From contig CAZSWP010000030.1 in assembly GCA_964610875.1 (NCBI GenBank), forward strand, positions 1-42,560: a stretch of DNA of 42,560 nt. Reading direction: 5' to 3'. The notes under the pieces are model-generated. The model was not told the origin of the DNA. It was given only the letters and a program-made list of their open reading frames with translations, and did not search any database. Below are positions 27,760 to 38,319 of the stretch, in pieces; positions within the stretch are counted from its first letter, which is position 1; each line of letters starts with the position of its first letter. Source of the DNA: an uncultured archaeon (GTDB lineage Archaea; Asgardarchaeota; Thorarchaeia; Thorarchaeales; Thorarchaeaceae). The translations under genes and the position numbers were made by a program.

Positions 27760-30615
27760 CTATTCAAGTGGGCCTCTTCTGACATCAGGACTATACAACG
27801 CAGCACGTAAGTGATTTCCTGTGTATGACTCCCAGACCTCACAGAGCTGTTCTGGAGTGCCAGTTGAAATTACGTTACCTCCTGCATCACCACCTTCTGG
27901 ACCAAGATCGATTATCCAATCTGCAACTTTGAGTATCTCTAGATTATGTTCGATGATGATAATTGTATTTCCAGCTTCAACCAACCGCTGTAAGACTCTT
28001 AGTAGGACATGAACATCCGATGCTGAGAGACCTGTGGAAGGTTCATCAAGAATGTATAGAGCATTCCCTGTGGAGCGTCTTGAGAGTTCTCTTGCGAGTT
28101 TCATACGCTGCGCTTCTCCACCACTCAGAGTGGTTGCTGCTTGTCCAAGCTCAAGATATGAGAGACCTACGTCTACAAGTGTCTGAAGCTTATCTGCTAT
28201 TATAGGGATATCTTGGAAGAAATCAAGTGCTTCCTCTATTGTCATCGAGAGCACTTGGTGTATATTCTTACTCTTGTAAGTAACTTCCAAGGTCTCTCGG
28301 TCAAATCGCTTTCCCTTGCAGACATCACAGGTTATGTACACATCACTCATGAAGTGCATCTCAATTTGCAATACACCGCTTCCTTTACACTTCCCACACC
28401 TGCCTGCAGTAGTGTTGAAACTAAATCGTCCTTTCGCATATCCTCGACGCTTTGCTTCGGTCATCTGTGCAAAGAGCTGTCGAATATTTCCAAAGACCTT
28501 AGTGTATGTTGAGGGATTGGATCTTGGCGTTCGTCCTATTGGCGATTGATCCACAAGTACGAGACGTTCAAGATGTTCGATACCTTCAATTGAATCATAT
28601 TTTCCAGGTCTTGCACTCGCATCATTCATTTCTGCTGCTAGCGCTTTGTATAATGTTTCATGTACTAGTGAGCTCTTTCCACTACCTGAAACTCCTGATA
28701 CACAGATTAGTTTCCCTAGTGGAAATTCCACATCAATAACTTTCAGGTTGTTTTGCCTTGCCCCTCTGACTACTATCTTCTTATCATTTCCTTGTCTTCG
28801 TTTTTCAGGAATAGGAATCTGCTTCTTTCCTGCAAGATATTGAGCAGTCAAAGAAGAAGGATCACTCAATACTGCGGAGGGGGGTCCATACGATACCAGT
28901 TCTCCACCGTGTACGCCAGCTTCAGGACCTAAGTCTATTAACCAATCAGCCGCTTCAATTGTGTTCTTGTCATGCTCTACCACAACAACAGTATTTCCAA
29001 GACTTCTAAGGTGATAGAATGTGTCAATAAGGCGGTCAATGTCGCGTGGATGTAGTCCTATCGAAGGTTCATCAAGACAATAGAGCACACCAGTAAGAGC
29101 AGACCCAATCTGTGTTGCGAGCCTGATTCTCTGACTCTCACCACCAGATAATGTCATGGAGGCCCTGTCGAGGTTAAGGTACTCGAGTCCTACTGCGGCA
29201 AGAAACTTCAATCGTGCATTGATTTCCTTCAGAACTAGCCCAGCAATCTTCTCTTCACGTTCGGTAAGCTTTAGAGCATCAAAGAACTTCAGTGCATTCT
29301 CTATCGTCATGCGACTGACTTCATCAATAGACTTGTCACCTACTGTAACAGCTAAACTCTCAAGTCGAAGTTTTCTACCCTCGCAGAGAGAACAAGTTGT
29401 CTTCCCCATAAACCGATTTGAGATTCTTTGTGACCAGAACTGAGCGTAAGACTTGCCCTTCACACTCATATCCTTGAACATGCGCTCCAACCATGGGACG
29501 AATCCAATCCATTTACGCGTGACGTCCCATCTACTGTGATCTCGCTCCATAACTATCTGAAGCATAATCTCCGGACGACCCCAGAGAATGACTTCCTTAT
29601 CAGATTCTTTGAGGTCCTTCCATTTAGTTTCTAGATCAAATCCGATTTTCTGAGCAAGTGCCTCGATACGTGCCATGTACCACTTTCTATCACCCCAGAC
29701 CCTCAATGAGATCTCTTTGACGGTCTTGTATTCATCAGCTATGACAAGGTCAGGGTTGACCGACATTGTGACACCTAGTCCTTTACATTCAGGACATGCA
29801 CCATCAGGTCTATTATATGAGAATGCTTTCGGGTCCAGTTTATTGTATTGCACACCACATTTTGGACACATCAACTGCTCAGCAAAGACAAGGTCATCCA
29901 TGCCTTCACGAGATACAATTGCAGAACCATCACCTGTTTCAAGTGCAGTTTCTAGAGACCCTATCAAACGTTCACGGACCTTCTTACTCACATCCAACCG
30001 GTCAACTACTACATCTATGTCGTGTTTCTTTCTACCATCAAGATCTATCTCTTCGATATCATGAATCTCTCCATCGATACGAACTCGAATGAACCCGCTA
30101 CTCAAAAGACTAGCAAAGGTGTCTTCATGTTTTCCAGTTTCATCTCGAACGACAGGGGCAAGAATGAATATTCTCTGACCACCATTCTCATCAAGAAGAA
30201 GTCTTGCTGCACTCTCAGCTGTAAGTTGTTCCATCGGGCGTCCACATTCAACACAGTGTGGTATCCCGATGTTTGCGTAAAGCAATCGTAGATAATCATG
30301 AATCTCAGTACTAGTACCCACTGTGCTTCGAGGGTTCTTAGATCGCCCCTTCTGTTCTATAGAGATAGCTGGTGGAAGGCCAGATATCTTGTCTACTTTT
30401 GGTTTATCCAGTCTTCCAAGAAAGCGTCTTGCATAGGATGATAATGATTCAACATACCTTCGCTGTCCCTCTGCGAAGATAGTATCAAAGACAAGTGTGG
30501 ATTTTCCTGATCCACTTGGCCCAGTGACAACAACTAAGCGGTCTCTCGGGATATCAACATCGATATGCTTCAGGTTGTGTTCGTGAGCTTTACGAACCTG
30601 AATATGACCGGTCAT
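27760..30615 (-). CDS. uvrA: excinuclease ABC subunit A, paralogue 2
   Basis: Two ABC modules (GPSGSGKS, GVSGSGKS, LSGGE x2), Zn-binding Cys pairs, PIGRTPRSNP. Confidence 0.96.
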   Translation of the reverse strand: MTGHIQVRKAHEHNLKHIDVDIPRDRLVVVTGPSGSGKSTLVFDTIFAEGQRRYVESLSSYARRFLGRLDKPKVDKISGLPPAISIEQKGRSKNPRSTVGTSTEIHDYLRLLYANIGIPHCVECGRPMEQLTAESAARLLLDENGGQRIFILAPVVRDETGKHEDTFASLLSSGFIRVRIDGEIHDIEEIDLDGRKKHDIDVVVDRLDVSKKVRERLIGSLETALETGDGSAIVSREGMDDLVFAEQLMCPKCGVQYNKLDPKAFSYNRPDGACPECKGLGVTMSVNPDLVIADEYKTVKEISLRVWGDRKWYMARIEALAQKIGFDLETKWKDLKESDKEVILWGRPEIMLQIVMERDHSRWDVTRKWIGFVPWLERMFKDMSVKGKSYAQFWSQRISNRFMGKTTCSLCEGRKLRLESLAVTVGDKSIDEVSRMTIENALKFFDALKLTEREEKIAGLVLKEINARLKFLAAVGLEYLNLDRASMTLSGGESQRIRLATQIGSALTGVLYCLDEPSIGLHPRDIDRLIDTFYHLRSLGNTVVVVEHDKNTIEAADWLIDLGPEAGVHGGELVSYGPPSAVLSDPSSLTAQYLAGKKQIPIPEKRRQGNDKKIVVRGARQNNLKVIDVEFPLGKLICVSGVSGSGKSSLVHETLYKALAAEMNDASARPGKYDSIEGIEHLERLVLVDQSPIGRTPRSNPSTYTKVFGNIRQLFAQMTEAKRRGYAKGRFSFNTTAGRCGKCKGSGVLQIEMHFMSDVYITCDVCKGKRFDRETLEVTYKSKNIHQVLSMTIEEALDFFQDIPIIADKLQTLVDVGLSYLELGQAATTLSGGEAQRMKLARELSRRSTGNALYILDEPSTGLSASDVHVLLRVLQRLVEAGNTIIIIEHNLEILKVADWIIDLGPEGGDAGGNVISTGTPEQLCEVWESYTGNHLRAALYSPDVRRGPLE

Positions 30616-33503
30616 TGTTCCACCTCCATAGTCTCTGATAACCCTAGGAGTGGCCGGAGATATCTTCCAGTATATGATTCGACATTATCTGCAATCTCTT
30701 CCGGAGTACCTTCTGCAACTAATCTACCACCATCTCGTCCACCCTCCGGTCCTAGGTCTATGACCCAATCAGCAGTCTTAACTACATCTAACTGATGCTC
30801 GATGACAAGCACAGTATTTCCGAGCTTCACCAACTGATGAAGTACTTCGAGGAGCTTCTTGATGTCAACAAAGTGCAACCCCGTTGTGGGTTCATCCAAC
30901 ATGATGAGCGTCTGTCCAGTTGCAGGACGGGAGAGGAACTTACTGAGTTTGATTCGCTGAGCTTCTCCACCACTGAGGGTTGTGGCTGGCTGTCCCAGTT
31001 TGACATATCCCATACCAACATCACAGAGAGTTTCGAGTCGTCTACGAATATTTGGAATCCCTTCGAAGAACTTCAGGGCATCATCTATTCTCATATCAAG
31101 AATGTCAGCTACGTTCTTACCTTTGTAACGTATCTGAAGGGTCTCTCGATTGTACCTTCGACCCTTACACTCATTACATGTGACCTGTACTGGAGGTAAG
31201 AACTGCATCTCAATAACTTCCACTCCAGCACCCTTACACTTCTCACATCTTCCGCCTTTAACATTGAAACTGAATCGTCCTTTCTGATAACCACGGATTT
31301 TTGACTCGGGAAGGCTTGCAAAGAGCTCTCTAAGAGGAGTCCAGAGACCTACATATGTAGCAGGATTGGAGCGTGGTGTCCTTCCAATTGGACTCTGGTC
31401 AATCACAATGACCTTGTCTAGTTGCTTAGCACCAATAAGCTCGTCATGGTCACCAGGTATGGATTCAGCATTGTGAAATCTTCGTGCAAGCTCTCTCTGC
31501 AGGGTTTCAACAATAAGACTAGATTTTCCTGACCCGCTTACTCCAGTGACTGCAATGAACATCCCAAGAGGGAACTTTACATCGATACTCTTCAAATTAT
31601 GATGACGGGCTCCATGAATCTCTAGAAATCGTCCATTAGGTTCCCTTCGTTTTGCAGGCAGAGGTATCTGGTCATCACCCCTAAGATATCTAGCAGTCAA
31701 TGAATTCTTGACTTTGATAATCTCATCAAATGTTCCTGCTGCAACCACCTCACCACCCTCAGATCCCGCACCAGGTCCGAGGTCTACAATATAGTCTGCT
31801 GCACGCATTGTCTCTTCATCATGTTCAACAATGAGGACGGTGTTACCTAGGTCCCTAAGTTTTGTGAGAGACCTCAATAATCGTTGATTATCTCTGGCGT
31901 GTAATCCGATTGATGGCTCATCGCAGACATATGTAACTCCTACGAGATTGGAACCTATTTGACTCGCTAGACGAATACGCTGCGCCTCTCCACCAGCAAG
32001 TGTAGGAGCAGTTCTATTAAGTGTAAGATATTCGAGACCCACTTCTTCTAAGAAACCTATCCTACCATGAATCTCTCTAAGGATAGGATTGGCAACAGGT
32101 TGTAAATGTTCATCAATTTCTACATCATCAAAGAACTCTCGCAACTCACGAATAGACATCTCATCAAGCTCAACAATGGACTTATCGTTGAAAGTCACAG
32201 CTTGAGATTCTCGTCGGAGACGACCTGCATTACATACAGGACAAGGCTGTGAAGTCATAAACTCCTCTAACTGTTTCCGACGCCAATCCGATTTTGTCTG
32301 TTTGTAGAGACGCTTCGAACGACCCACTACTCCCTCAAAGCTTCGTTGGAATGTACCCTCCCACTTCACTTCATACTCCGGGTTATCTCCTTCCCATTTT
32401 GACTCGAATCGTTTATCCCCAGAACCAAAGAAAATAATATTCTTCTGTTTCTCGGTTAATTCATTCCATGGAGTATCAAGATCGAAACCATAATGCTCGA
32501 TGACCTTCTTGAAGAACTTTCGCTTCAACAACCACTTATCGGTCTTGATGACTTCTTGTCTGAGTGTGAGACCAGGATCTTCGACAAACTTCTCAGGGTC
32601 GAACTCGCGTACATAACCCATACCAGTACAGTGAGGACATGCACCCTGCGGGGTGTTCCATGAGAATATCCTTGGTTCCATCTCTGGAAGACTGACTCCA
32701 CAATCAATGCATGCAAACTGCTCGGAGAGAGTACGTTCCTCATCAGGAGTCACAATGACCACTACTCCTTCAGCCATTTTCAATGCATTCTCAACAGCTT
32801 CTGCAATCCTTGAACGTTCATCTTCAGAAACTCGAATCCTATCTATGACGATTTCAATCGTGTGTTCAAAATACCTATCAAGGGACATTTCTTCTTCAAT
32901 ATCCTTTACTTCACCGTCAACCCTCACTCGAATGAAACCCTTCTGTAAGAGTTCCTTGAACTCCTTTCGGTACTCTCCTTTTCGACCCCGAACAATGGGA
33001 GCCATAATCATGATACGCTTTCCTTCATCCCTCTGAAGGATACTATCGGTAATCTGTTGCGAAGTCTGTGGTACTATTGGTTTGCCACACTCAGGACAAT
33101 GAGGTTTGCCAACCCTTGCATAAAGTAAACGTAGAAAATCGTAGATCTCTGTGATTGTACCAACCGTGCTTCGAGGATTCCTACCTACTGATTTCTGATC
33201 AATGGAAATGGATGGTGAGAGACCTGACATGAAGTCAACCTTGGGTTTCTCAAGCATTCCAAGAAACTGCCGGGCATAAGCTGAGAGTGATTCAACAAAT
33301 CTTCTCTGTCCTTCCGCAAAGATTGTATCAAAGACCAGACTTGATTTACCAGACCCACTGACCCCAGTCACTACTGTCATCTTATTCTTTGGAATCTCTA
33401 CATCAATGTGCTGGAGGTTATGTTCTGAGGCCCCAATGACCACAATAGACTTGGGTCCATCGGAGTCCTCAACCTGTTCTGTCTGGATCTCTGCTGCTTT
33501 CAC
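30612..33503 (-). CDS. uvrA: excinuclease ABC subunit A, paralogue 1
   Basis: Two ABC modules (GVSGSGKS x2, LAGGE/LSGGE), Zn-binding Cys pairs, PIGRTPRSNPATY. Confidence 0.96.
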   Translation of the reverse strand: MKAAEIQTEQVEDSDGPKSIVVIGASEHNLQHIDVEIPKNKMTVVTGVSGSGKSSLVFDTIFAEGQRRFVESLSAYARQFLGMLEKPKVDFMSGLSPSISIDQKSVGRNPRSTVGTITEIYDFLRLLYARVGKPHCPECGKPIVPQTSQQITDSILQRDEGKRIMIMAPIVRGRKGEYRKEFKELLQKGFIRVRVDGEVKDIEEEMSLDRYFEHTIEIVIDRIRVSEDERSRIAEAVENALKMAEGVVVIVTPDEERTLSEQFACIDCGVSLPEMEPRIFSWNTPQGACPHCTGMGYVREFDPEKFVEDPGLTLRQEVIKTDKWLLKRKFFKKVIEHYGFDLDTPWNELTEKQKNIIFFGSGDKRFESKWEGDNPEYEVKWEGTFQRSFEGVVGRSKRLYKQTKSDWRRKQLEEFMTSQPCPVCNAGRLRRESQAVTFNDKSIVELDEMSIRELREFFDDVEIDEHLQPVANPILREIHGRIGFLEEVGLEYLTLNRTAPTLAGGEAQRIRLASQIGSNLVGVTYVCDEPSIGLHARDNQRLLRSLTKLRDLGNTVLIVEHDEETMRAADYIVDLGPGAGSEGGEVVAAGTFDEIIKVKNSLTARYLRGDDQIPLPAKRREPNGRFLEIHGARHHNLKSIDVKFPLGMFIAVTGVSGSGKSSLIVETLQRELARRFHNAESIPGDHDELIGAKQLDKVIVIDQSPIGRTPRSNPATYVGLWTPLRELFASLPESKIRGYQKGRFSFNVKGGRCEKCKGAGVEVIEMQFLPPVQVTCNECKGRRYNRETLQIRYKGKNVADILDMRIDDALKFFEGIPNIRRRLETLCDVGMGYVKLGQPATTLSGGEAQRIKLSKFLSRPATGQTLIMLDEPTTGLHFVDIKKLLEVLHQLVKLGNTVLVIEHQLDVVKTADWVIDLGPEGGRDGGRLVAEGTPEEIADNVESYTGRYLRPLLGLSETMEVEQ

Positions 33504-35485
33504 TACTGTATACCCTCAACTCTCTTTCTTATTTTAGCAATCTCATCTCTCAACTTTGCCGCTTTCTCGAAATCTAGGTTTCTTGCAGCTTCCTTCATCC
33601 GTTCCTCAAGTTCAATGATATAATCCTGAATCTCTTGCATCTCAATGTCATCGAATTCTTCGAGCTTCGTCTGGTCCTCGTCCTCACCAGTGTCCATTCC
33701 TTCTGCAATATCCTTGATGTCCTTCACAATACTCTTTGGAGTAATTCCATGTTCTTTGTTGTATTTTATCTGGTGCTGCCTTCGTCTGTTAGTTTCGTCG
33801 ACAGCGCGTTGCATCGCATCGGACATCCGATCCGCATAAAGTATCACTCTTCCGTGTACATTTCGCGCTGCTCTTCCCATTGTTTGAATAAGTGCCCAAT
33901 CTGTTCTGAGGAACCCTTCCTTGTCAGCGTCAAGTATTGCAACAAGTGCCACCTCCGGGAGGTCCAGTCCTTCTCGTAGAAGATTGATACCTACAAGTAC
34001 ATCGTACTTCCCCTGTCTAAGCTGTCTGATTATCTCAATACGTTCAACCGTTCCGATATCGGAGTGTAAGTAACGAGCACGTACTCCAGCTTCTACAAGA
34101 TATTCAGACAACATCTCAGAGGTCTTCTTTGTCAAGGTAGTTATCAAGACACGAAACTTGAGTTCTACTGTTTTGCGAATCTCTTCTAGTAGATTGTCAA
34201 TCTGATTCTCTATGGGTTTTACCACAATTTCTGGGTCTATGAGACCAGTCGGTCGCACGAGCTGTTCAACAATCTGACTACTCCGTTCACGTTCATAATC
34301 TGCAGGAGTTGCAGTCGTGTAGACAACATTCCTCATATATCCTTCAAACTCTGTAAACTTCAGGGGGCGGTTATCAAACGCGGAGGGTAGTCTGAAACCA
34401 TATTCAATCAGATTCCATTTTCGTGCGAGGTCTCCATGATACATGCCTCTGATCTGCGGGATGGTCATGTGACTCTCATCAATGATCATCAAGAAGTCTT
34501 CAGGGAAGTAGTCAAGGAGGCAGTATGGTTTCTGTCCCTTACTTCTTTGGTCAATGTGACGAGAGTAGTTCTCTATACCCTGACACATACCTGTTTCACG
34601 AAGCATCTCCAGGTCATAGAGTGTTCTTCTCTTGATCCTGTCTGCTTCTACAAGCTTCCCTTGTTTTCTGAACCAGTCCACACGCTCATGCATCTCTTGT
34701 TCAATAGGTTCGAGTGCTTCAAGTATAATCTCATGTCGTGCAATATGATGTCTTGCAGGAAATAATTCAGTCCAGTCATCATCAAAAGAGCGTCTGTTTG
34801 TTAATGCATCAAGATAAGAGATTCTATCTACCTTGTTTCCGTCCATCTCAATTCGTATCTTGTGCGATGCTCCAGAGGGAAAGATTTCAATAACATCACC
34901 TCTTACACGGAAAGCACCAGACTTTATCTCCATGTCATTTCGTTCATACTGGAGTTCTACAAGTCGCTCTAGAAGAGACCTGCGGTCAACCTCTTCTCCA
35001 ACCTCAATAAATAAACGGTGGCGATCATACTCTACAGGATTTCCTATCCCATAGATACAAGACACAGAAGCCACTACAACAACATCTTCCCTAGATCTTA
35101 GAGAACGTGTTGTTGAATGACGAAGCCTCTCAATCTCTGCATTGATGTCTGCCTCCTTCTCAATATACATGTCTTTGCTGGGAACGTAGGCTTCGGGCAA
35201 ATAGTAATCGTAATAGCTGACGTAATATTCCACAGCATTCTCCGGAAAGAACTGCCTGTATTCCGAAGCCAGCTGTGCTGCAAGAGTCTTGTTATGGGAA
35301 ATGACAAGAGTGGGTTTCTTCACTTCTGCTATCACATTTGCCATGGTGAAGGTCTTGCCCGAACCGGTCACACCGAGGAGAGTCTGATGGGACAACCCAG
35401 AGTTCAGTCCTTCGACCAACTGCCTGATAGCTTTCGGCTGGTCGCCTGTCGGTCTGAATGGAGCCTGTAACCTAAACTCTGACAT
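33503..35485 (-). CDS. uvrB: excinuclease ABC subunit B
   Basis: GVTGSGKT, YYDYYLPEAY beta-hairpin, DESH, INLLREGLD, GRAAR, C-terminal UVR. Confidence 0.97.
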   Translation of the reverse strand: MSEFRLQAPFRPTGDQPKAIRQLVEGLNSGLSHQTLLGVTGSGKTFTMANVIAEVKKPTLVISHNKTLAAQLASEYRQFFPENAVEYYVSYYDYYLPEAYVPSKDMYIEKEADINAEIERLRHSTTRSLRSREDVVVVASVSCIYGIGNPVEYDRHRLFIEVGEEVDRRSLLERLVELQYERNDMEIKSGAFRVRGDVIEIFPSGASHKIRIEMDGNKVDRISYLDALTNRRSFDDDWTELFPARHHIARHEIILEALEPIEQEMHERVDWFRKQGKLVEADRIKRRTLYDLEMLRETGMCQGIENYSRHIDQRSKGQKPYCLLDYFPEDFLMIIDESHMTIPQIRGMYHGDLARKWNLIEYGFRLPSAFDNRPLKFTEFEGYMRNVVYTTATPADYERERSSQIVEQLVRPTGLIDPEIVVKPIENQIDNLLEEIRKTVELKFRVLITTLTKKTSEMLSEYLVEAGVRARYLHSDIGTVERIEIIRQLRQGKYDVLVGINLLREGLDLPEVALVAILDADKEGFLRTDWALIQTMGRAARNVHGRVILYADRMSDAMQRAVDETNRRRQHQIKYNKEHGITPKSIVKDIKDIAEGMDTGEDEDQTKLEEFDDIEMQEIQDYIIELEERMKEAARNLDFEKAAKLRDEIAKIRKRVEGIQ

Positions 35486-35701
35486 TTGTGATACCTCGAA
35501 TGGACTGCTGCTCTCCCATAGTTAAGTAACTGTTATGGTATCGTCAATCTGCGACACATGAGGGAGAGGATGTTGTTGATGTGTCTTCTTCTGCAGCGAT
35601 GTTCAATCTAACGCACACTGACGACCCAGAGAGTTAACCGAAAGTATGAGGGATATGAGACTATAGCTCGGAGAGTCCGAGAAAACCTAAGGCAGAACAA
35701 T

Positions 35702-36205
35702 TCATTCTCCAATCCATGGTTCTTTCATTGGTGCTGGAAACATTTTCAGACCGAATATGAGAGCAATCACTGTAGCATATGGTAGTGGTACGAGATAGGT
35801 GCCATCATAGGGAAATGTGTAGATCACAACCAATGTATAGGATATGAACTGGATAATGGTTGCCAATATGACTTTGGTAAGAAATCGTCTTCTAGTTTGA
35901 AATCTGTTCTTACCTACACGATATACCTCAAAAGCAATGTATACCTCTGGCAACCAGAATATACTGTTATTCACAGGTTCACTAAATGTAAAACCTATAA
36001 GCATACCAAAAATATCAGGTTCAGTTCTGAAATACCATAATGCGTATCTATCAAAGCAATAGTGTCTAGCAAATACAATATAATCTGGCAAAAGGAAGGC
36101 AAATAGAGTGATTAAGATAGTTAGTCGCTTTGAATTCTTTACAATTGTCATTTCATTTTCACTATTGGTTTCATTGCGAGATATCTCTGAAGAATTCATT
36201 TTCAT
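35702..36205 (-). CDS. hypothetical membrane protein
   Basis: 3-4 hydrophobic segments, C-terminal EPW; start uncertain. Confidence 0.7.
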   Translation of the reverse strand: MKMNSSEISRNETNSENEMTIVKNSKRLTILITLFAFLLPDYIVFARHYCFDRYALWYFRTEPDIFGMLIGFTFSEPVNNSIFWLPEVYIAFEVYRVGKNRFQTRRRFLTKVILATIIQFISYTLVVIYTFPYDGTYLVPLPYATVIALIFGLKMFPAPMKEPWIGE

Positions 36206-36313
36206 CACGCACTTCAGTTCTGACGTACACCAATGGGCTTTTATCAATTCTAATAAAACATCCATGATAAAGATTTAATTCGTCCACCCTATTGAAAATT
36301 CGAAGTGGTAGGA

Positions 36314-36496
36314 ATGAGTATTTCAAAGGATGCCAATCAATCTGGTTCTATTGAAGCAAAGCTGGAAGAACTTTAATACAAAACCGATGCGATTCACAGA
36401 GGAATCTATCTGATCTTCACATTAGTCGTTTTCACATTGTCACTCAGCATATTTACTCTTTTCATCCTGCTTGATACTCTAAGTAATTTTCATTAG
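36314..36496 (+). pseudogene. small single-TM protein interrupted by in-frame TAA
   Basis: MSISKDANQSGSIEAKLEEL*YKTDAIHRGIYLIFTLVVFTLSLSIFTLFILLDTLSNFH*; internal stop at 36374-36376. Confidence 0.5.
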
Positions 36497-36626
36497 ATTA
36501 AATTGTTATACTGGCTTTTCATTTTCTAGTGAATCAAAATCATCGAAGTTGCATGAAGATAAATACAAGCAATGTCATAGATTACGGTTGAACTGATATG
36601 ACTACTGAACAAGAGATGACATCAGA

Positions 36627-37151
36627 TTGAACAAAAAACTAGTAGGAGTAATTGGCATAGTTGTATTGATTGTAGGAATTTTCTATGGATTGATCTTTCT
36701 GTATGGAGGCCTCCCAGGAATAGCGGTTGGTGAACCATTAGTGATAGAGGGTGATTCTGATTTTGAGAGCATGGAGCTATCAGGAAGTGGAACCGAATCC
36801 AACCCATACATTATCGAGGACTTGACCATCTCTCCAAACATAATGGCTGATACAGATTGCATATCTATCAAAGATACAACAAAACACTTCGTCATCAAAC
36901 TATGCACATTAACAACAAGTCGAGAGGCAACTTGTATCAAACTTGAAAATGTTAGCAATGCAGTGATCGAAAATTGCACCATATCAGGAGCAAACTACGG
37001 TGTCTACATGATAGGATGTGAAAATATAACTATACGATATAATGAGTTCAACAGCTGTTATTATGCAATTGGACTTTTCGATTCGGAAAATATCGACACT
37101 CCTGATAACGCATATCTGAATTGTGTCAACATAACCGATGATGATGAATGA
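36627..37151 (+). CDS. membrane-anchored/secreted right-handed parallel beta-helix (NosD-like) protein
   Basis: N-terminal TM, GSGTESNPYIIE, repeated I.L....N..I..C.I units. Confidence 0.85.
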   Translation: MNKKLVGVIGIVVLIVGIFYGLIFLYGGLPGIAVGEPLVIEGDSDFESMELSGSGTESNPYIIEDLTISPNIMADTDCISIKDTTKHFVIKLCTLTTSREATCIKLENVSNAVIENCTISGANYGVYMIGCENITIRYNEFNSCYYAIGLFDSENIDTPDNAYLNCVNITDDDE

Positions 37152-37235
37152 GAAATAAAAAGGCGAATATGGAATCTGGAAATAAAAAAAAGGATAGAGC
37201 TGTTCCATAAAAGCTTGGAACAACTCAAACCTGAA

Positions 37236-38162
37236 CTAGTTCATCAGAATGTTGATTGTGACCCAACTTGTTCCTAGTGAACCGCTGTCACCCCAGCCCA
37301 AATCGTAGCCAAAATTTGTTGAGAATTTCAGACCTACATAGCTACCATAAGGTATGCTATTAACATTGTACAGAAATGCAACATGATAACTACCAACGAC
37401 ATCGTAGGAGAAATAATTCTTGTTGTCAGGATATTCAACACACTTGTATGGCCAGTCATAATTTGTAAACATGAGCTTCGCAGTTCCAAAGGTACCAGTA
37501 TCTTCACTGGTTCTTGTTGTTTCATGGATTCTGCCATATGCCCAATTAGCAAACGTACTGACTGCAAATGAACCCACTTTTCCTAATCCGGACAGTGATA
37601 TGATACCTCCAACGATTGAATCAAATCCCTTTTTAATTAGAGTAGATGTGATATCTTCGTTATACTTTGCAAATCCTTCTGGCCAAACTACCCGGTCACC
37701 AGAAACATCATTTCTGAATATACCTTTGACATTGTATCTCTGGCTGTATGTTGTTTCTTTCATTTGGATAGAATGGTCTGATGCAGATCCGATTGCTCTT
37801 TCTTGTATTGGTACTTGTGTTGGATCTAGATACCCATATCTATGTCCTTTCCAAGTATAGAAAGTCATGATTTGTAGATTCATCACACGCCATCCAGCAG
37901 TATTGTAAGTGGCTACGGAAACTAATCGTGCTTCAATACCTATGACTGCATCAGAATTTTCAACCATCACCCTAGCAACAGTAAATCCTTCTGGATAATC
38001 ACAGCTCCCAGTCAACCCTTGAGTGTAAGTATATCTGTCTGATATACCACCACCAGAACCCGGGTCAAGCTCGAAGGCGTTAGCAGGTGTGACATTCATG
38101 AACATTGTCATTGCTAGTAGCAATGTAAAACAAAATATTGACACTAATCTCGATTTCTTCAT
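37236..38162 (-). CDS. secreted hypothetical protein
   Basis: Signal peptide MKKSRLVSIFCFTLLLAM...PANA; Tyr/Gly-rich beta-type body. Confidence 0.82.
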   Translation of the reverse strand: MKKSRLVSIFCFTLLLAMTMFMNVTPANAFELDPGSGGGISDRYTYTQGLTGSCDYPEGFTVARVMVENSDAVIGIEARLVSVATYNTAGWRVMNLQIMTFYTWKGHRYGYLDPTQVPIQERAIGSASDHSIQMKETTYSQRYNVKGIFRNDVSGDRVVWPEGFAKYNEDITSTLIKKGFDSIVGGIISLSGLGKVGSFAVSTFANWAYGRIHETTRTSEDTGTFGTAKLMFTNYDWPYKCVEYPDNKNYFSYDVVGSYHVAFLYNVNSIPYGSYVGLKFSTNFGYDLGWGDSGSLGTSWVTINILMN

Positions 38163-38319
38163 TTTATGTTATTACTCCCCGTCAAGTATTTCTACCTGAT
38201 AAGTGTATTTTATCATTCTATGCATAAAAACATGTTGTTAAAATTTAGTTGGTTTATTAAAAATAAATGATGAGCCCTCTTGTTTCTTTAACCTTCAAGA
38301 ATGTCGGATAAGCATCCGT

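Noticed and set aside
27760-33503. Tandem uvrA as assembly artefact or one fused gene broken by error
   Set aside because: The copies are strongly diverged, and the second has its own SD and an ATGA stop/start overlap.
35618-35690. Hammerhead ribozyme-like CTGACGA...CGAAA
   Set aside because: The intervening sequence cannot form stem II and no stems I/III are evident.
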